A stretch of DNA of 32,000 nt from Paenibacillus macerans (GCF_050565405.1 NZ_JBNYYG010000008.1:100677-132676); one strand, 5' to 3'; shown: positions 8,874 to 17,425, counted from the stretch's first letter. Made by a program: numbers and translations. Notes: generated by a model from the sequence alone, not told the origin.

Positions 8874-8878
8874 GAAGC

Positions 8879-9487
8879 ATGGAACAGGGATTTGTTTTTT
8901 TGGATGAAATATTGCACGGCGTTCGCTGGGACGCCAAATATGCCACGTGGGACAATTTCACTGGCAAACCGGTAGACGGGTATGAACTCAATCGTATCGT
9001 GGGAACACATGCCCTCGCCTTTGCGTTGCTGGAGGTACAAAGACAAGCGTCGGCACTTGGGTACGGATTGCTGTTATGGGACGGGTATCGGCCCAAACGC
9101 GCGGTAGATTGCTTCCTGCGTTGGTCCGAACAACCGGAAGACAACCTCACAAAAGAAAGATTCTATCCGAATATCGAGCGATCCGAGATGTTTGCAAAAG
9201 GATATATCGCGTCACAATCAAGTCATAGCCGCGGAAGCGCTATTGATCTTACGCTTTACCGCTTAGATACGGGGGCGCTTGTTTCCATGGGAGGCGGCTT
9301 CGACTTTATGGATGAGCGTTCACATCATGCAGCAAAAGGGATTGCCAGCGTGGAATCGAAAAATCGCAGACTTTTGCGTTCCATCATGGAAAACAGTGGG
9401 TTTGAACCCTATAGCTTCGAATGGTGGCACTATGTATTGAGAAACGAACCATACCCCAATAGCTATTTTGATTTCCTTGTTTTATAG
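8879..9487 (+). CDS. vanX: VanX, D-Ala-D-Ala dipeptidase
   Basis: From ATG 8879 the product is 202 aa, the Tn1546 VanX length. SD AAAGGGG 8864-8870. Motifs present: VRWDAKYATWDNFTGKPVDGY, SSHSRGSAIDLTLY, WWHY. Confidence 0.95.
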   Translation: MEQGFVFLDEILHGVRWDAKYATWDNFTGKPVDGYELNRIVGTHALAFALLEVQRQASALGYGLLLWDGYRPKRAVDCFLRWSEQPEDNLTKERFYPNIERSEMFAKGYIASQSSHSRGSAIDLTLYRLDTGALVSMGGGFDFMDERSHHAAKGIASVESKNRRLLRSIMENSGFEPYSFEWWHYVLRNEPYPNSYFDFLVL

Positions 9488-9504
9488 GGAAAGGACAAAT
9501 CGAC

Positions 9505-9613
9505 ATGTGTGGAATCGTCCGTTGACCGCATGGTACAAGCTCACCTGGCCGGCCGGAGAGAATTGTGGGTGCTATACATCTTTAGCCTCTGGCACGAAAT
9601 GTATATCAAGTAG
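9505..9613 (+). pseudogene. Deletion scar of an asparagine-synthetase-like (class II amidotransferase) gene
   Basis: SD GGGAAAGGA, then ATG TGT GGA ATC GTC (MCGIV, the N-terminal nucleophile-Cys start typical of AsnB-type enzymes) and a stop after 6 codons. The +1 frame from ~9518 reads SVDRMVQAHLAGRRELWVLYIFSLWHEMYIK*, which resembles AsnB-family C-termini. Confidence 0.55.
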
Positions 9614-9671
9614 TAGTGTGCAGGGCTTTCAAATGACGCGGTTTACGAGTTGCAGTAAGGAGTTGTTTTGT

Positions 9672-10638
9672 GTGGTACGAAAAGGAAAAAGGAAAAAGTC
9701 AGGAATACGCATATCCGTAGCACTTGTGCTGATGGTTGTCATTGCTGCTTTTGGTTACAAATCCATCATTACTCCAGGAAACCACCAAATATTCGAGAAG
9801 GAATATGACTATAAAACAATACCAGATCCATCGCCGAAGCTAGAACCTGAACCCTCTGTTTTCATATCTCCCGGCGAGCTGAACAGTCCCAATGCGATCC
9901 TGATGAATTTAAAAGATCATGCCATTCTGATGCAGAAAAACAGTGAAGATCAAATCTATCCCGCTTCGTTAACAAAGATGATGACAGCCATTGTCGCAAT
10001 AGAAAACTTGCCTGATTTGAAGGAAAAAATCACACTTACCCATTCTGTGTTTCAGGGTCTGTCAGAAGCAGATGCCTCTATGGCAGGTTTCCAGCCGGGT
10101 GAGAAGGTAATGGCGATTGACCTTTTATATGGGGCTCTGCTTCCTAGTGGGGCAGAGTCTTGTATTGGGCTTGCCGATTACATTGCAGGGTCGGAGAAGA
10201 ACTTTGTAGGGATGATGAATCAAAAAGCGGCAGATCTCGGCATGCATAATACACATTTTGAGAACTCAACTGGACTTCACAATGAAAACCATTACTCTAC
10301 AGTAAAAGATCTGACTATTCTGCTAAGCTATGCTTTGCAAAATGATACTTTCCGGGAGATTTTCACTTCATCACGCCATTCCACACCGCAAACGAATAAG
10401 CACCCTGACGGGATAACCTTTTACAGTACTATGTTTAAAAAAACTTAACAATCAGAGCATTGCCGACGGGAAAATCTTAGGAGGGAAAACCGGCTACACC
10501 GATGAAGCGGGTCGATGTCTTGCGAGCCTCGCTCGAGTGGGGAAACAAGAATATATTCTGATTACAGTTGGTGCGGAAGTTTCGGAACAATATCATATTA
10601 CCGATGCTGTAGTTGCATACAACAGTATAGGAAAATAG
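9672..10638 (+). pseudogene. Serine-type D-Ala-D-Ala carboxypeptidase (peptidase S11 / PBP5-like, VanY-D-like), frameshifted
   Basis: GTG 9672 lies 9 nt after SD AAGGAG (9657-9662). It has an N-terminal anchor (KRKKSGIRISVALVLMVVIAAFG) and SxxK (PASLTKMM). The frame ends at TAA 10446-10448, right after the A7 run at 10437-10443. The +1 frame continues (K)LNNQSIADGKILGGKTGYTDEAG... with the KTG box, up to TAG 10636-10638. Confidence 0.8.
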
Positions 10639-10678
10639 TAAGTTAAAGTATTAACGACACGGGATGGGGACGGATGAC

Positions 10679-11368
10679 ATGAGCCTGCAGCGGAAAATTT
10701 ACGAAATCATCACGGATGAGCTCCGACGCATTATCGAACTGGATCTAATCAAGCCGGGAGAGAAGCTGGACACCATCGACCAACTGGCGGCCCAGTATCG
10801 GGTCGGAAAGTCGACGGTCCGCGAGGCGCTCAGCCAGTTGAAGGCGCTCGGCCTGATCGAATCGCGGCAGGGCGGCGGAACCTATGTAAAGAAGCCGGGC
10901 ATCGAATCGTCGGCGGTGCTGGACTCGCTGCAGACGTCGAACGCCGAGCTTGCGCAAGTGCTGCAGGTTCGCAAGATACTGGAGGTCGGAGCCGCGGGGC
11001 TTGCCGCACAGTACCGTACGGATGAGGATATCAAGGAGATCGGCAAAATCATCGAGCAGATGAAGGATACTGTCGGCAACGAAGAAATCAGCGGATTTTA
11101 CGATACGAATTTCCATTTCGCCATTGCCCGGGCGTCGCGCAATCTGATACTGGTGACAATGATGGCGCATATTGCCGACGCGATGCACCGGATGATTAAG
11201 GATAGCTGCAAGCTGTGGCTTTATAGCGGGAAGGAAACGGCCGACAAGTTGTTCGAAGAACACAGGAAGCTGTTCGAGGCGATTCGCGACGGGGACCCGA
11301 AAGCGGCGGCTGCGACGATGACGAAGCATCTCACCCAAGTTGAGAACGCTTTGCAATCGGCCAAATGA
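10679..11368 (+). CDS. GntR-family regulator, FadR subfamily (FCD domain)
   Basis: GntR wHTH (PGEKLDTIDQLAAQYRVGKSTVREALSQLKALGLIESRQGGGTYV) plus a helical FCD-like C-terminal domain. The GGGGA SD favours ATG 10679 over the tracked 10664. Confidence 0.85.
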   Translation: MSLQRKIYEIITDELRRIIELDLIKPGEKLDTIDQLAAQYRVGKSTVREALSQLKALGLIESRQGGGTYVKKPGIESSAVLDSLQTSNAELAQVLQVRKILEVGAAGLAAQYRTDEDIKEIGKIIEQMKDTVGNEEISGFYDTNFHFAIARASRNLILVTMMAHIADAMHRMIKDSCKLWLYSGKETADKLFEEHRKLFEAIRDGDPKAAAATMTKHLTQVENALQSAK

Positions 11369-11493
11369 CCTCGTCGGCGCCGGCTTGCAGCGCCTTGCTC
11401 CGTTTCGCCGAGGAAGACGTCAGGCCGAGCAATTGGGCGCCCTTTATTTATACGGATCGAATTAATCGTTGCGCGGGCTTTCGTTTCTTATCT

Positions 11494-11541
11494 AAAGTAA
11501 AAGAAAACCGTTCTTCGCCGGCAGGCCGGTGCAAAGAACGG
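11494..11541 (-). terminator. Rho-independent terminator of the exported-protein gene
   Basis: Stem CCGTTCTT 11508-11515 / AAGAACGG 11534-11541 with a GC-rich inner stem. On the minus strand it is followed by TTTTCTTTTACTTT. Confidence 0.7.
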
Positions 11542-11553
11542 GTGGTAGTAAGC

Positions 11554-12468
11554 TTACATCGATTGGTCTTGTTGCACGAGATTCATCCAGCCTACCAGGT
11601 CGTGGACGGCGATACCGCCGAACGAGCTTTGCGTTCCGCCCAATTGCTCCAACTGGACGAGCTGCTCATTCAGAACTTGGCTGCCTTCTTCGTAAAAAGT
11701 GATGTAATTCCCTTCGTTGGAGGGCTTGGTTTCCACACCGGTATAGATTTTCTTGTTCATGCTTTCGCCTTCGACAAACTCGGTTTTGGCCGTATCATAA
11801 ATGGCCTTGGCGCTATCGCGGTAAGACATCAGGGTAACGAATTCGAAGCGCGAGATCATCCAGGAGCTCAAAGTTTGTTCGCTGCCCGGTACTTTATATT
11901 TATCGAGCCAGAAGGGAAGAGCCGCCGACAGCGGAAGTTCCAAGTCAGCCGCCTGTCGGGCCAACGCATCGACATTGCCTTGCCACTCAGTCACCAGGGT
12001 GTCGTAGTCCGTTTTCCAGATCGGAAGCAAATACGGCTCAATGTCAACATGAATTCCTTTTAGCTTCTCCTCCGGCGCGGCTTGCTGCTGGTAATCGTTA
12101 ATCCATTTCATAAAAGCGTCCAATTTCGGACGGTTTATGGCGAGGGCCCAGTCCGGGGCTCCGTTTAGAGCATGAACCTCGATGCCCATTTCCGAGGCTT
12201 GGCGAATGAAGCTGCGGTAGGAGGGAAGATCCACTTTGGTACTAATTTGCAAGTATATAATTCCGACGCCTTGGGACTTGGTAAAGTTCAACAGCTCGGA
12301 GGACGATGATTGGATAAGAACGGTGTGCCATAACCAAGTCGTTCTGGTTTTGGAGACGGGTGCATCTTCAGTGCTGGCGGCCTTGGTGGCCGGATTGCCC
12401 AAAAGCGCCAATATCAAAACAAAGACAAGAATCATTGTGGGCTTGCGGAGGTAAGAGATGGTTTTCAC
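11554..12468 (-). CDS. Exported hypothetical protein (function unknown)
   Basis: Long ORF with good coding character. The N-terminus KTISYLRKPTMILVFVLILALLGNPATKAAS looks like a signal peptide. The GTG at 12468 lies 11 nt from SD AAGGAG; the tracked start at 12480 overlaps the SD. Confidence 0.7.
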   Translation of the reverse strand: MKTISYLRKPTMILVFVLILALLGNPATKAASTEDAPVSKTRTTWLWHTVLIQSSSSELLNFTKSQGVGIIYLQISTKVDLPSYRSFIRQASEMGIEVHALNGAPDWALAINRPKLDAFMKWINDYQQQAAPEEKLKGIHVDIEPYLLPIWKTDYDTLVTEWQGNVDALARQAADLELPLSAALPFWLDKYKVPGSEQTLSSWMISRFEFVTLMSYRDSAKAIYDTAKTEFVEGESMNKKIYTGVETKPSNEGNYITFYEEGSQVLNEQLVQLEQLGGTQSSFGGIAVHDLVGWMNLVQQDQSM

Positions 12469-13071
12469 GAAGATGTACACTCCTTTAAGTTAATATAAAT
12501 GTGTGATTGCGGTTAGGTTTATCGGACGACACGATTAGGGATCATATGAAACTCCAGGCCTTACCTCCCGCGTAGTGATGTGTTCAATCTTTAGGTCGTA
12601 GATCCCTATTAACAGAAATGATCTGCGTCATTAGGATTGGGTATGATCATATTCTCGTCGGATTTGTCGAATTTTGAGATAGGTACAAAGGATCATTTTG
12701 CCATATAAATGGTAATAATTACAGCATAACCAGTTTAAGGTGGGTAAATCGGGGAATGTGCGTCAATGGTCCGGTCTGGTAAAATAATTCAAGAAACGGC
12801 TTCAAAGCGCAGCAGTTCGGTTGTGCATGGGAATAAGGGTTTAAAATGATCGGTGATGAATTTTGAAGATCATGATTACGCAAAGCGAAGCGGTGGAAAA
12901 AGGGGTTTGGGACCAGGTTATCATAAATACTTACCGCCTGTTACAGTGAGTGAGTGAGGGGGATATGGTGTTTGCCTTAGGATGGCCTACGGAAGATTAT
13001 ATTAAACACAGTAACATTTTTTTATTAGTAAACGATGATAGTTTATTATTGTAATAATCCCCATTATATCA

Positions 13072-13100
13072 TTGACATTCCAAATTATGGTGTTTATAGT
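13072..13100 (+). promoter_or_regulatory. Sigma-A-type promoter for the small secreted protein gene
   Basis: TTGACA 13072-13077, a 17-nt spacer, then TATAGT 13095-13100. It lies ~45 nt upstream of ATG 13145. Confidence 0.55.
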
Positions 13101-13144
13101 AGAGAGGTAAGTTATATTTTTCACATGAAAGGGAGGGTATATCT

Positions 13145-13582
13145 ATGAAAAAGCTTCTAAGTTCACTAGTAGTTGCTTCGATGTTATTGGGAACGAGTGG
13201 TGTTGCATTGGCTAAAGATGTTACTGATGTTAAAGAAGTTATTAAAGAAGTTAAGGAAGTGTCTTCCGATTCACCCATATTCACACCATCAATGGCGTTT
13301 AGGGATGATTATTATCTAACAACTACATCGTGGGAACTGGTGGCTACGGAGCCAAATAACTGGCTAAAAGCCAATGTAAATGTTACAAATTTTTCTAGCA
13401 ATAGTGGAGGTATTTATTTTTACATCGAAGACCATAATGGGAAAACATATAGCTCAACATACGTTGGGCCTGGGGAAATGAAAACTATAAAAGGTGTTGC
13501 TACAGGCGGATATGATGTGTATGCTAAAGCAGCAACTAAAGCAGGCACTTATGATCTGACTATTGATGATTGGCCAATCTAA
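13145..13582 (+). CDS. Small secreted protein of unknown function
   Basis: 145 aa. SD AAAGGGAGGG. Signal peptide MKKLLSSLVVASMLLGTSGVALA|KD, followed by a short KEV-rich repeat and a beta-rich-looking body. It has its own promoter and terminator. Confidence 0.75.
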   Translation: MKKLLSSLVVASMLLGTSGVALAKDVTDVKEVIKEVKEVSSDSPIFTPSMAFRDDYYLTTTSWELVATEPNNWLKANVNVTNFSSNSGGIYFYIEDHNGKTYSSTYVGPGEMKTIKGVATGGYDVYAKAATKAGTYDLTIDDWPI

Positions 13583-13607
13583 TTGTTGATATCTGAAATT
13601 ATGGGTA

Positions 13608-13650
13608 AAGGCCCGCTAACCTTAATCGGTCGGCGGGCTTTCTTTCATTT
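13608..13650 (+). terminator. Rho-independent terminator
   Basis: GCCCGC 13611-13616 / GCGGGC 13633-13638 with flanking A/T pairs, followed by TTTCTTTCATTT. Confidence 0.7.
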
Positions 13651-14134
13651 AATTGGGGAAGTGATTTTGGAATAACCTTGCAAAACTATTAATCCTTAAT
13701 TCGACAAAAAGATAGAGGGGAATAGGTGAGCATTTTTTAAACAGTTCCTTCAAATAATTTGATAAAATTTGTTTCATAGACGTATGTACAAAATACTATG
13801 TATTTTTCTTTATTAATGGTCCAATTTGCTGTACCTACAGATTCTCCGGCTGGATAGCTACGAATTGTTTGGAATGGAAGGGTATTCAAATTGAACGTAA
13901 GGATACGGGATGCTCTCGAGACGGGTTCCGATTCAAAGAGCAAGAGAGTCCGGTCTGTTCGGAAAACGGCGAGCCTGTGCAAATGTTGACTGCCGACATA
14001 GCTGTCCGTGGTGTAATGGTCCCTTGACAACGGAACGATTCCAAATTGCGCGGGAGCCTCGACAACCGTTTTATGGCAGCGAGTGGGACGTGCGCTTTGC
14101 GCACATCCGAAGATAAGGAGAGGACGAGCGGAAC

Positions 14135-15013
14135 ATGAATGTGGAAGTGTATACGTTAAATGCGTTTGCGAAAGGGGAGCGTGGCGGTAATCCAGCAGGC
14201 GTTGTCTTGGAGGATAACCTTTCGCTGGATGGTGCCGAAATGCAGCTCATAGCGAAGGAATTGGGCTTTTCGGAGACGGCCTTTATGGAAAAATCCTTGC
14301 TTGCGGATTACAAAATCCGCTATTTCACCCCCGCCAGCGAGGTTGATCTGTGCGGACACGCCACGATTGCTGCATTTGGACTAATGCATTCGCTGGGTTT
14401 GGCAAAGGAAGGGACCTCATATACGATAGAAACTAAGGCAGGGATTTTGGATGTCGATATTAGCTCCGAGGGTCTTGTTTATTTGTCACAGGCTTTACCA
14501 CAATTTCTTGAAATGATATCCTGTGAGGAAATCGCCCCATCTTTGGGGATGGATGCCGAGGATCTGGAAACCGGGTTGCCCATCCAGATTGTTTCGACGG
14601 GGCTGCGGGACATTTTAATCCCGATCCGCAGCAGGAAGCTCTTGAATGAGGTTCAGCCAAATTTTGACGCCATAACCGCCATCAGCGAAAAATATGATGT
14701 GGTTGGATATCATCTGTTCACGATGGATACGCCAGACGATGCTGCTGCGGAATGCCGGAATTTTGCGCCGCTGTACGATATTCCTGAGGAGAGCGCGACA
14801 GGAACATCCAACGGTGCCCTGCTCAGCTATTTGTACCAACATGGCCAACGATCTTTTCGGGAAGTGGAGCACGTTATGTTCAGGCAAGGGTATTCGATGG
14901 ATTGTCCTTCCGAAATCAAGGTAGGATTGCGCCTGAGCGAGAGCGGTGAAATCAACCAGGTTCGGGTTGGCGGTGCAGTGGTTGGCATTGAACGAAGACA
15001 TATCAGGATATAG
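14135..15013 (+). CDS. PhzF-family (phenazine biosynthesis-like) isomerase/epimerase-fold protein
   Basis: 292 aa with PhzF-family features (VYTLNAFA...GGNPAGVV, FSETAF, IRYFTPASEVDLCGHATIA, ATGTSNGAL). Confidence 0.85.
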   Translation: MNVEVYTLNAFAKGERGGNPAGVVLEDNLSLDGAEMQLIAKELGFSETAFMEKSLLADYKIRYFTPASEVDLCGHATIAAFGLMHSLGLAKEGTSYTIETKAGILDVDISSEGLVYLSQALPQFLEMISCEEIAPSLGMDAEDLETGLPIQIVSTGLRDILIPIRSRKLLNEVQPNFDAITAISEKYDVVGYHLFTMDTPDDAAAECRNFAPLYDIPEESATGTSNGALLSYLYQHGQRSFREVEHVMFRQGYSMDCPSEIKVGLRLSESGEINQVRVGGAVVGIERRHIRI

Positions 15014-15021
15014 GCGGAATC

Positions 15022-15073
15022 AAAAAGCCTGTTTGCAGCCACCGTATCATAGGAGGCAAACGGGCTTTTTGTT
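15022..15073 (+). terminator. Rho-independent terminator of the PhzF-family gene
   Basis: Stem 15027-15036 / 15056-15065 (GCCTGTTTGC / GCAAACGGGC), flanked by A5 upstream and T5 downstream. Confidence 0.8.
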
Positions 15074-15137
15074 ATATTCATTAAAGAGACGGGCGCTTGC
15101 CTCGACTGGCTTGCTGACTGCCACTTTAGGTCATTAG

Positions 15138-15180
15138 AACAAGCAGCGTCGGGGTTCCCGGCGCTGCTTGTTTATTTGAT
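15138..15180 (+). terminator. Second, orphan terminator-like hairpin
   Basis: Perfect 11-bp stem AACAAGCAGCG 15138-15148 / CGCTGCTTGTT 15162-15172, followed by TATTTGATTTG. No intact gene lies between it and the previous terminator. Confidence 0.55.
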
Positions 15181-15880
15181 TTGTTCGAATAGCTGGGCAC
15201 GGGTTCTGTAAGGCTTCAACGTTTAAAAGGTGTATGACAGGAGGAGAAAGTAAAAACTGCATGCGAAATTCAAATGTGAATTCTATGCCAGTTCGTTGGC
15301 AGGTAACATTTGCAAAAAGGGCTATCTAAATGGATCATTCATGCGCAGCATTGTAATTTGTTTTTTGGAGAAAGTCCCCGCTAAAGGAAGAATATTTCTA
15401 CTGTAATAATCTGTGCAGAACGATGGTGGAGTACTTTGCAGACCAAATTGTCAGACATCAAATGAGTGTATCGGGAGGTATCCATCCAAACAGTTTATTC
15501 TGGGTACTTGAAAAAATAGTGACTAAGTATAGTGACAATTTCTTTAAGGCGTGGTTGAGTATAGCAGGGGAGAGAAGTCAAGAAACTAGTGTTCCTCGCT
15601 GGGGCGATATCGAAAAAATGAGGGATTTGAGTTTTCCTGAGATAGCTTTTAAATACGCCTAGAAGAAAAAATGGCTCCTTAAGTTCCGTTGAATTTTACC
15701 ATTTAGCTTCAGAACAATTAGTTAACCAATACAATTGTCCGTATCAGGATGAACTAAGCAAGGAAGCAATCCAATCTATGTTTTCATTTGCACCTTAGAA
15801 AATTGCAATGTTAGTTATAACGACTTGAATAATTCCATTATTGGTATTAATATTATAATTGGAAACAATGGAGGTGTAAC

Positions 15881-16414
15881 ATGTCAAAGGATATATATGA
15901 TGTAATGATCAATCCTACGCGAATGAGAATTGTACAGATACTTGCTTCGCAAGAAAAAAAGACAGCTACCGAGCTAAGCGAAATAATAAGTGATGTTCCA
16001 CGAACTACTCTATATCGGCATATCAACATCCTAATAGATGCCCATGTGCTGACAGTTGTTGAGGAAAGAAAAGTACGTGGAAGTGTTGAGAGGACTCTTT
16101 CGCTCAATACGGATGAATTGAGCAAGCAAAATACTATGGAGGACGTCCCAAAAAAGGTGTTTACGTTTCTTATGAACATCTATACAAAATTTGATAAGTA
16201 TTTCAATCGAGAGAACTTTAAGCCGGGAAACAACAAGATATTTTTCAATAATACTATCTTAATGATGGACGATCGGGAATTTGACCAATTCCTTTTGGAA
16301 CTACAAGGGTTACTCATAAAACACTCGCACGAAATGTCAGAAGGAAGAAGACCAAGAGATATTTCAATTATATTTGCACCCCCCGAAGAAAGTGAGATGA
16401 ATAGAAATACGTAA
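15881..16414 (+). CDS. ArsR-like winged-helix transcriptional regulator with a C-terminal extension
   Basis: 177 aa. SD GGAGGTG. N-terminal wHTH pattern NPTRMRIVQILASQEKKTATELSEIISDVPRTTLYRHINILIDAHVL. Confidence 0.75.
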   Translation: MSKDIYDVMINPTRMRIVQILASQEKKTATELSEIISDVPRTTLYRHINILIDAHVLTVVEERKVRGSVERTLSLNTDELSKQNTMEDVPKKVFTFLMNIYTKFDKYFNRENFKPGNNKIFFNNTILMMDDREFDQFLLELQGLLIKHSHEMSEGRRPRDISIIFAPPEESEMNRNT

Positions 16415-16445
16415 ACACATAAGAAATAAAAGGTGGAAGAAAAAA

Positions 16446-17369
16446 ATGTTGACTATTCTTGCTGTTATCCTATGCATTATTGTATCGATAAACCTTATTA
16501 GCCTAATTATCAATCAGGTGTTTTTTTCCAATGAGTTAGAAAAAATTACACCATATGGAGAAATGGTTGAAGTAAATGGTCAAAACATGCACATCTATTC
16601 AATGGGTGAAGGAGAAAAAACAATTGTGCTACTACCAGGTTTTGGAAATCCGTTGCCCTCTGCTGATTTCGGGCCATTGATGCGAGAGTTGTCAAAAAAT
16701 TATACCGTTGTCAGTGTTGAGTATTTTGGTGTTGGTTTTAGCGATGAAACAGAAGTGCCGAGGACGAATGAAAATGTTACGCAAGAAATAAGAACGGCTT
16801 TATCCGAAGCTGGTTATTCCCCTCCGTATTTACTAATGCCTCATTCCGGATCTGGCATTTACACTGAACACTACGCATCAACATACCCTGATGAAATATC
16901 CGGAATTATTATGCTCGACCCAACATCATCGGCTACGAAGGGACCTGATACACCCGGTTTTGCGTATGGGATAAGTAAGGTACAAGAGGCTATTGGGCTA
17001 GGTCGATATGTTAATCCTCTTATCGTATCATCCGTACTTTCCATGAAGGAATCCAATGGATATACCCAACAAGAAATTGATGATTACACCAAGTTTATGA
17101 ACCATGTAAATAATGATAATCTCATAGATCAGATGAAGCGTCTAAATGATAATATTCTTCAAGTAATGGATATGGATTTTCCAGACAACATTCCTGTTTT
17201 GATAATAGGCGCTTCCAAAACAGGAGAGGAATATCACACAGAGCATTTGAAACGGCTCGGCCAGAACGCAGAATTAGCCATCCTTGAAGGATCACACTAT
17301 ATCTATCATTCCCAGCTTTCTGAAATACACAATGAAACCGACTTATTCGTTGAAACACGGATAAAGTAA
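16446..17369 (+). CDS. Membrane-anchored alpha/beta-fold hydrolase
   Basis: 307 aa with an N-terminal hydrophobic helix (LTILAVILCIIVSINLISLII), an oxyanion region LLPGFG, a nucleophile-elbow-like MPHSGSG, and a C-terminal GSHYIY (His). Confidence 0.8.
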   Translation: MLTILAVILCIIVSINLISLIINQVFFSNELEKITPYGEMVEVNGQNMHIYSMGEGEKTIVLLPGFGNPLPSADFGPLMRELSKNYTVVSVEYFGVGFSDETEVPRTNENVTQEIRTALSEAGYSPPYLLMPHSGSGIYTEHYASTYPDEISGIIMLDPTSSATKGPDTPGFAYGISKVQEAIGLGRYVNPLIVSSVLSMKESNGYTQQEIDDYTKFMNHVNNDNLIDQMKRLNDNILQVMDMDFPDNIPVLIIGASKTGEEYHTEHLKRLGQNAELAILEGSHYIYHSQLSEIHNETDLFVETRIK

Positions 17370-17391
17370 TAGCTGCACTTCGGGCAAAGTT

Positions 17392-17425
17392 AAACCGCAC
17401 CGCCATGATGGCGATGCGGTTTTTG
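17392..17425 (+). terminator. Rho-independent terminator of the hydrolase gene
   Basis: AACCGCA-CGCCAT...ATGGCG-TGCGGTT stem followed by TTTTT. Confidence 0.8.

Noticed and set aside
9468-9671. N-terminal 68 codons of the tracked ORF 9468-10448, which would make a 326-aa protein overlapping vanX.
   Set aside because: This stretch has no family resemblance and runs across the asnB-like scar. A proper SD (AAGGAG) plus GTG at 9672 gives a typical basic-then-hydrophobic membrane anchor.
13043-13058. TTATTATT-GT-AATAAT resembling the dif-like candidate at 18917-18944. The shared 8-mer palindrome TTACGTAA also occurs at 18929-18936 and 30753-30760.
   Set aside because: These are AT-only, low-complexity matches. 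An 8-mer palindrome occurring twice in 32 kb is within chance expectation, and the 13043 copy lacks a recombinase-compatible 6-8-bp spacer.
13737-14030. 97-aa minus-strand ORF spanning the AT-rich/GC-rich junction.
   Set aside because: It crosses an abrupt composition boundary, has no recognisable family or SD, and its upstream half overlaps the PhzF leader. At most, its last ~45 codons are a remnant of a lost gene.
13886-14134. Possible ykkC/guanidine-type riboswitch, T-box, or tRNA-like element. The triggers were GGGUUCCG and ACGGCG strings, and GUGGUGUAAUGGU resembling a D-loop.
   Set aside because: The strongly conserved ykkC GGUCCGAGAG block, the T-box GGUGGUACCGCG sequence, and a tRNA T-arm/cloverleaf are all absent. 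The resemblances are short strings only. Retained only as an unclassified-leader finding.
15423-15662. 79-aa ORF (MVEYFADQIV...).
   Set aside because: It has no SD and no recognisable domain, and it sits between an orphan terminator and the ArsR-like gene promoter. It is possibly a fragment, with too little support to call as a gene.
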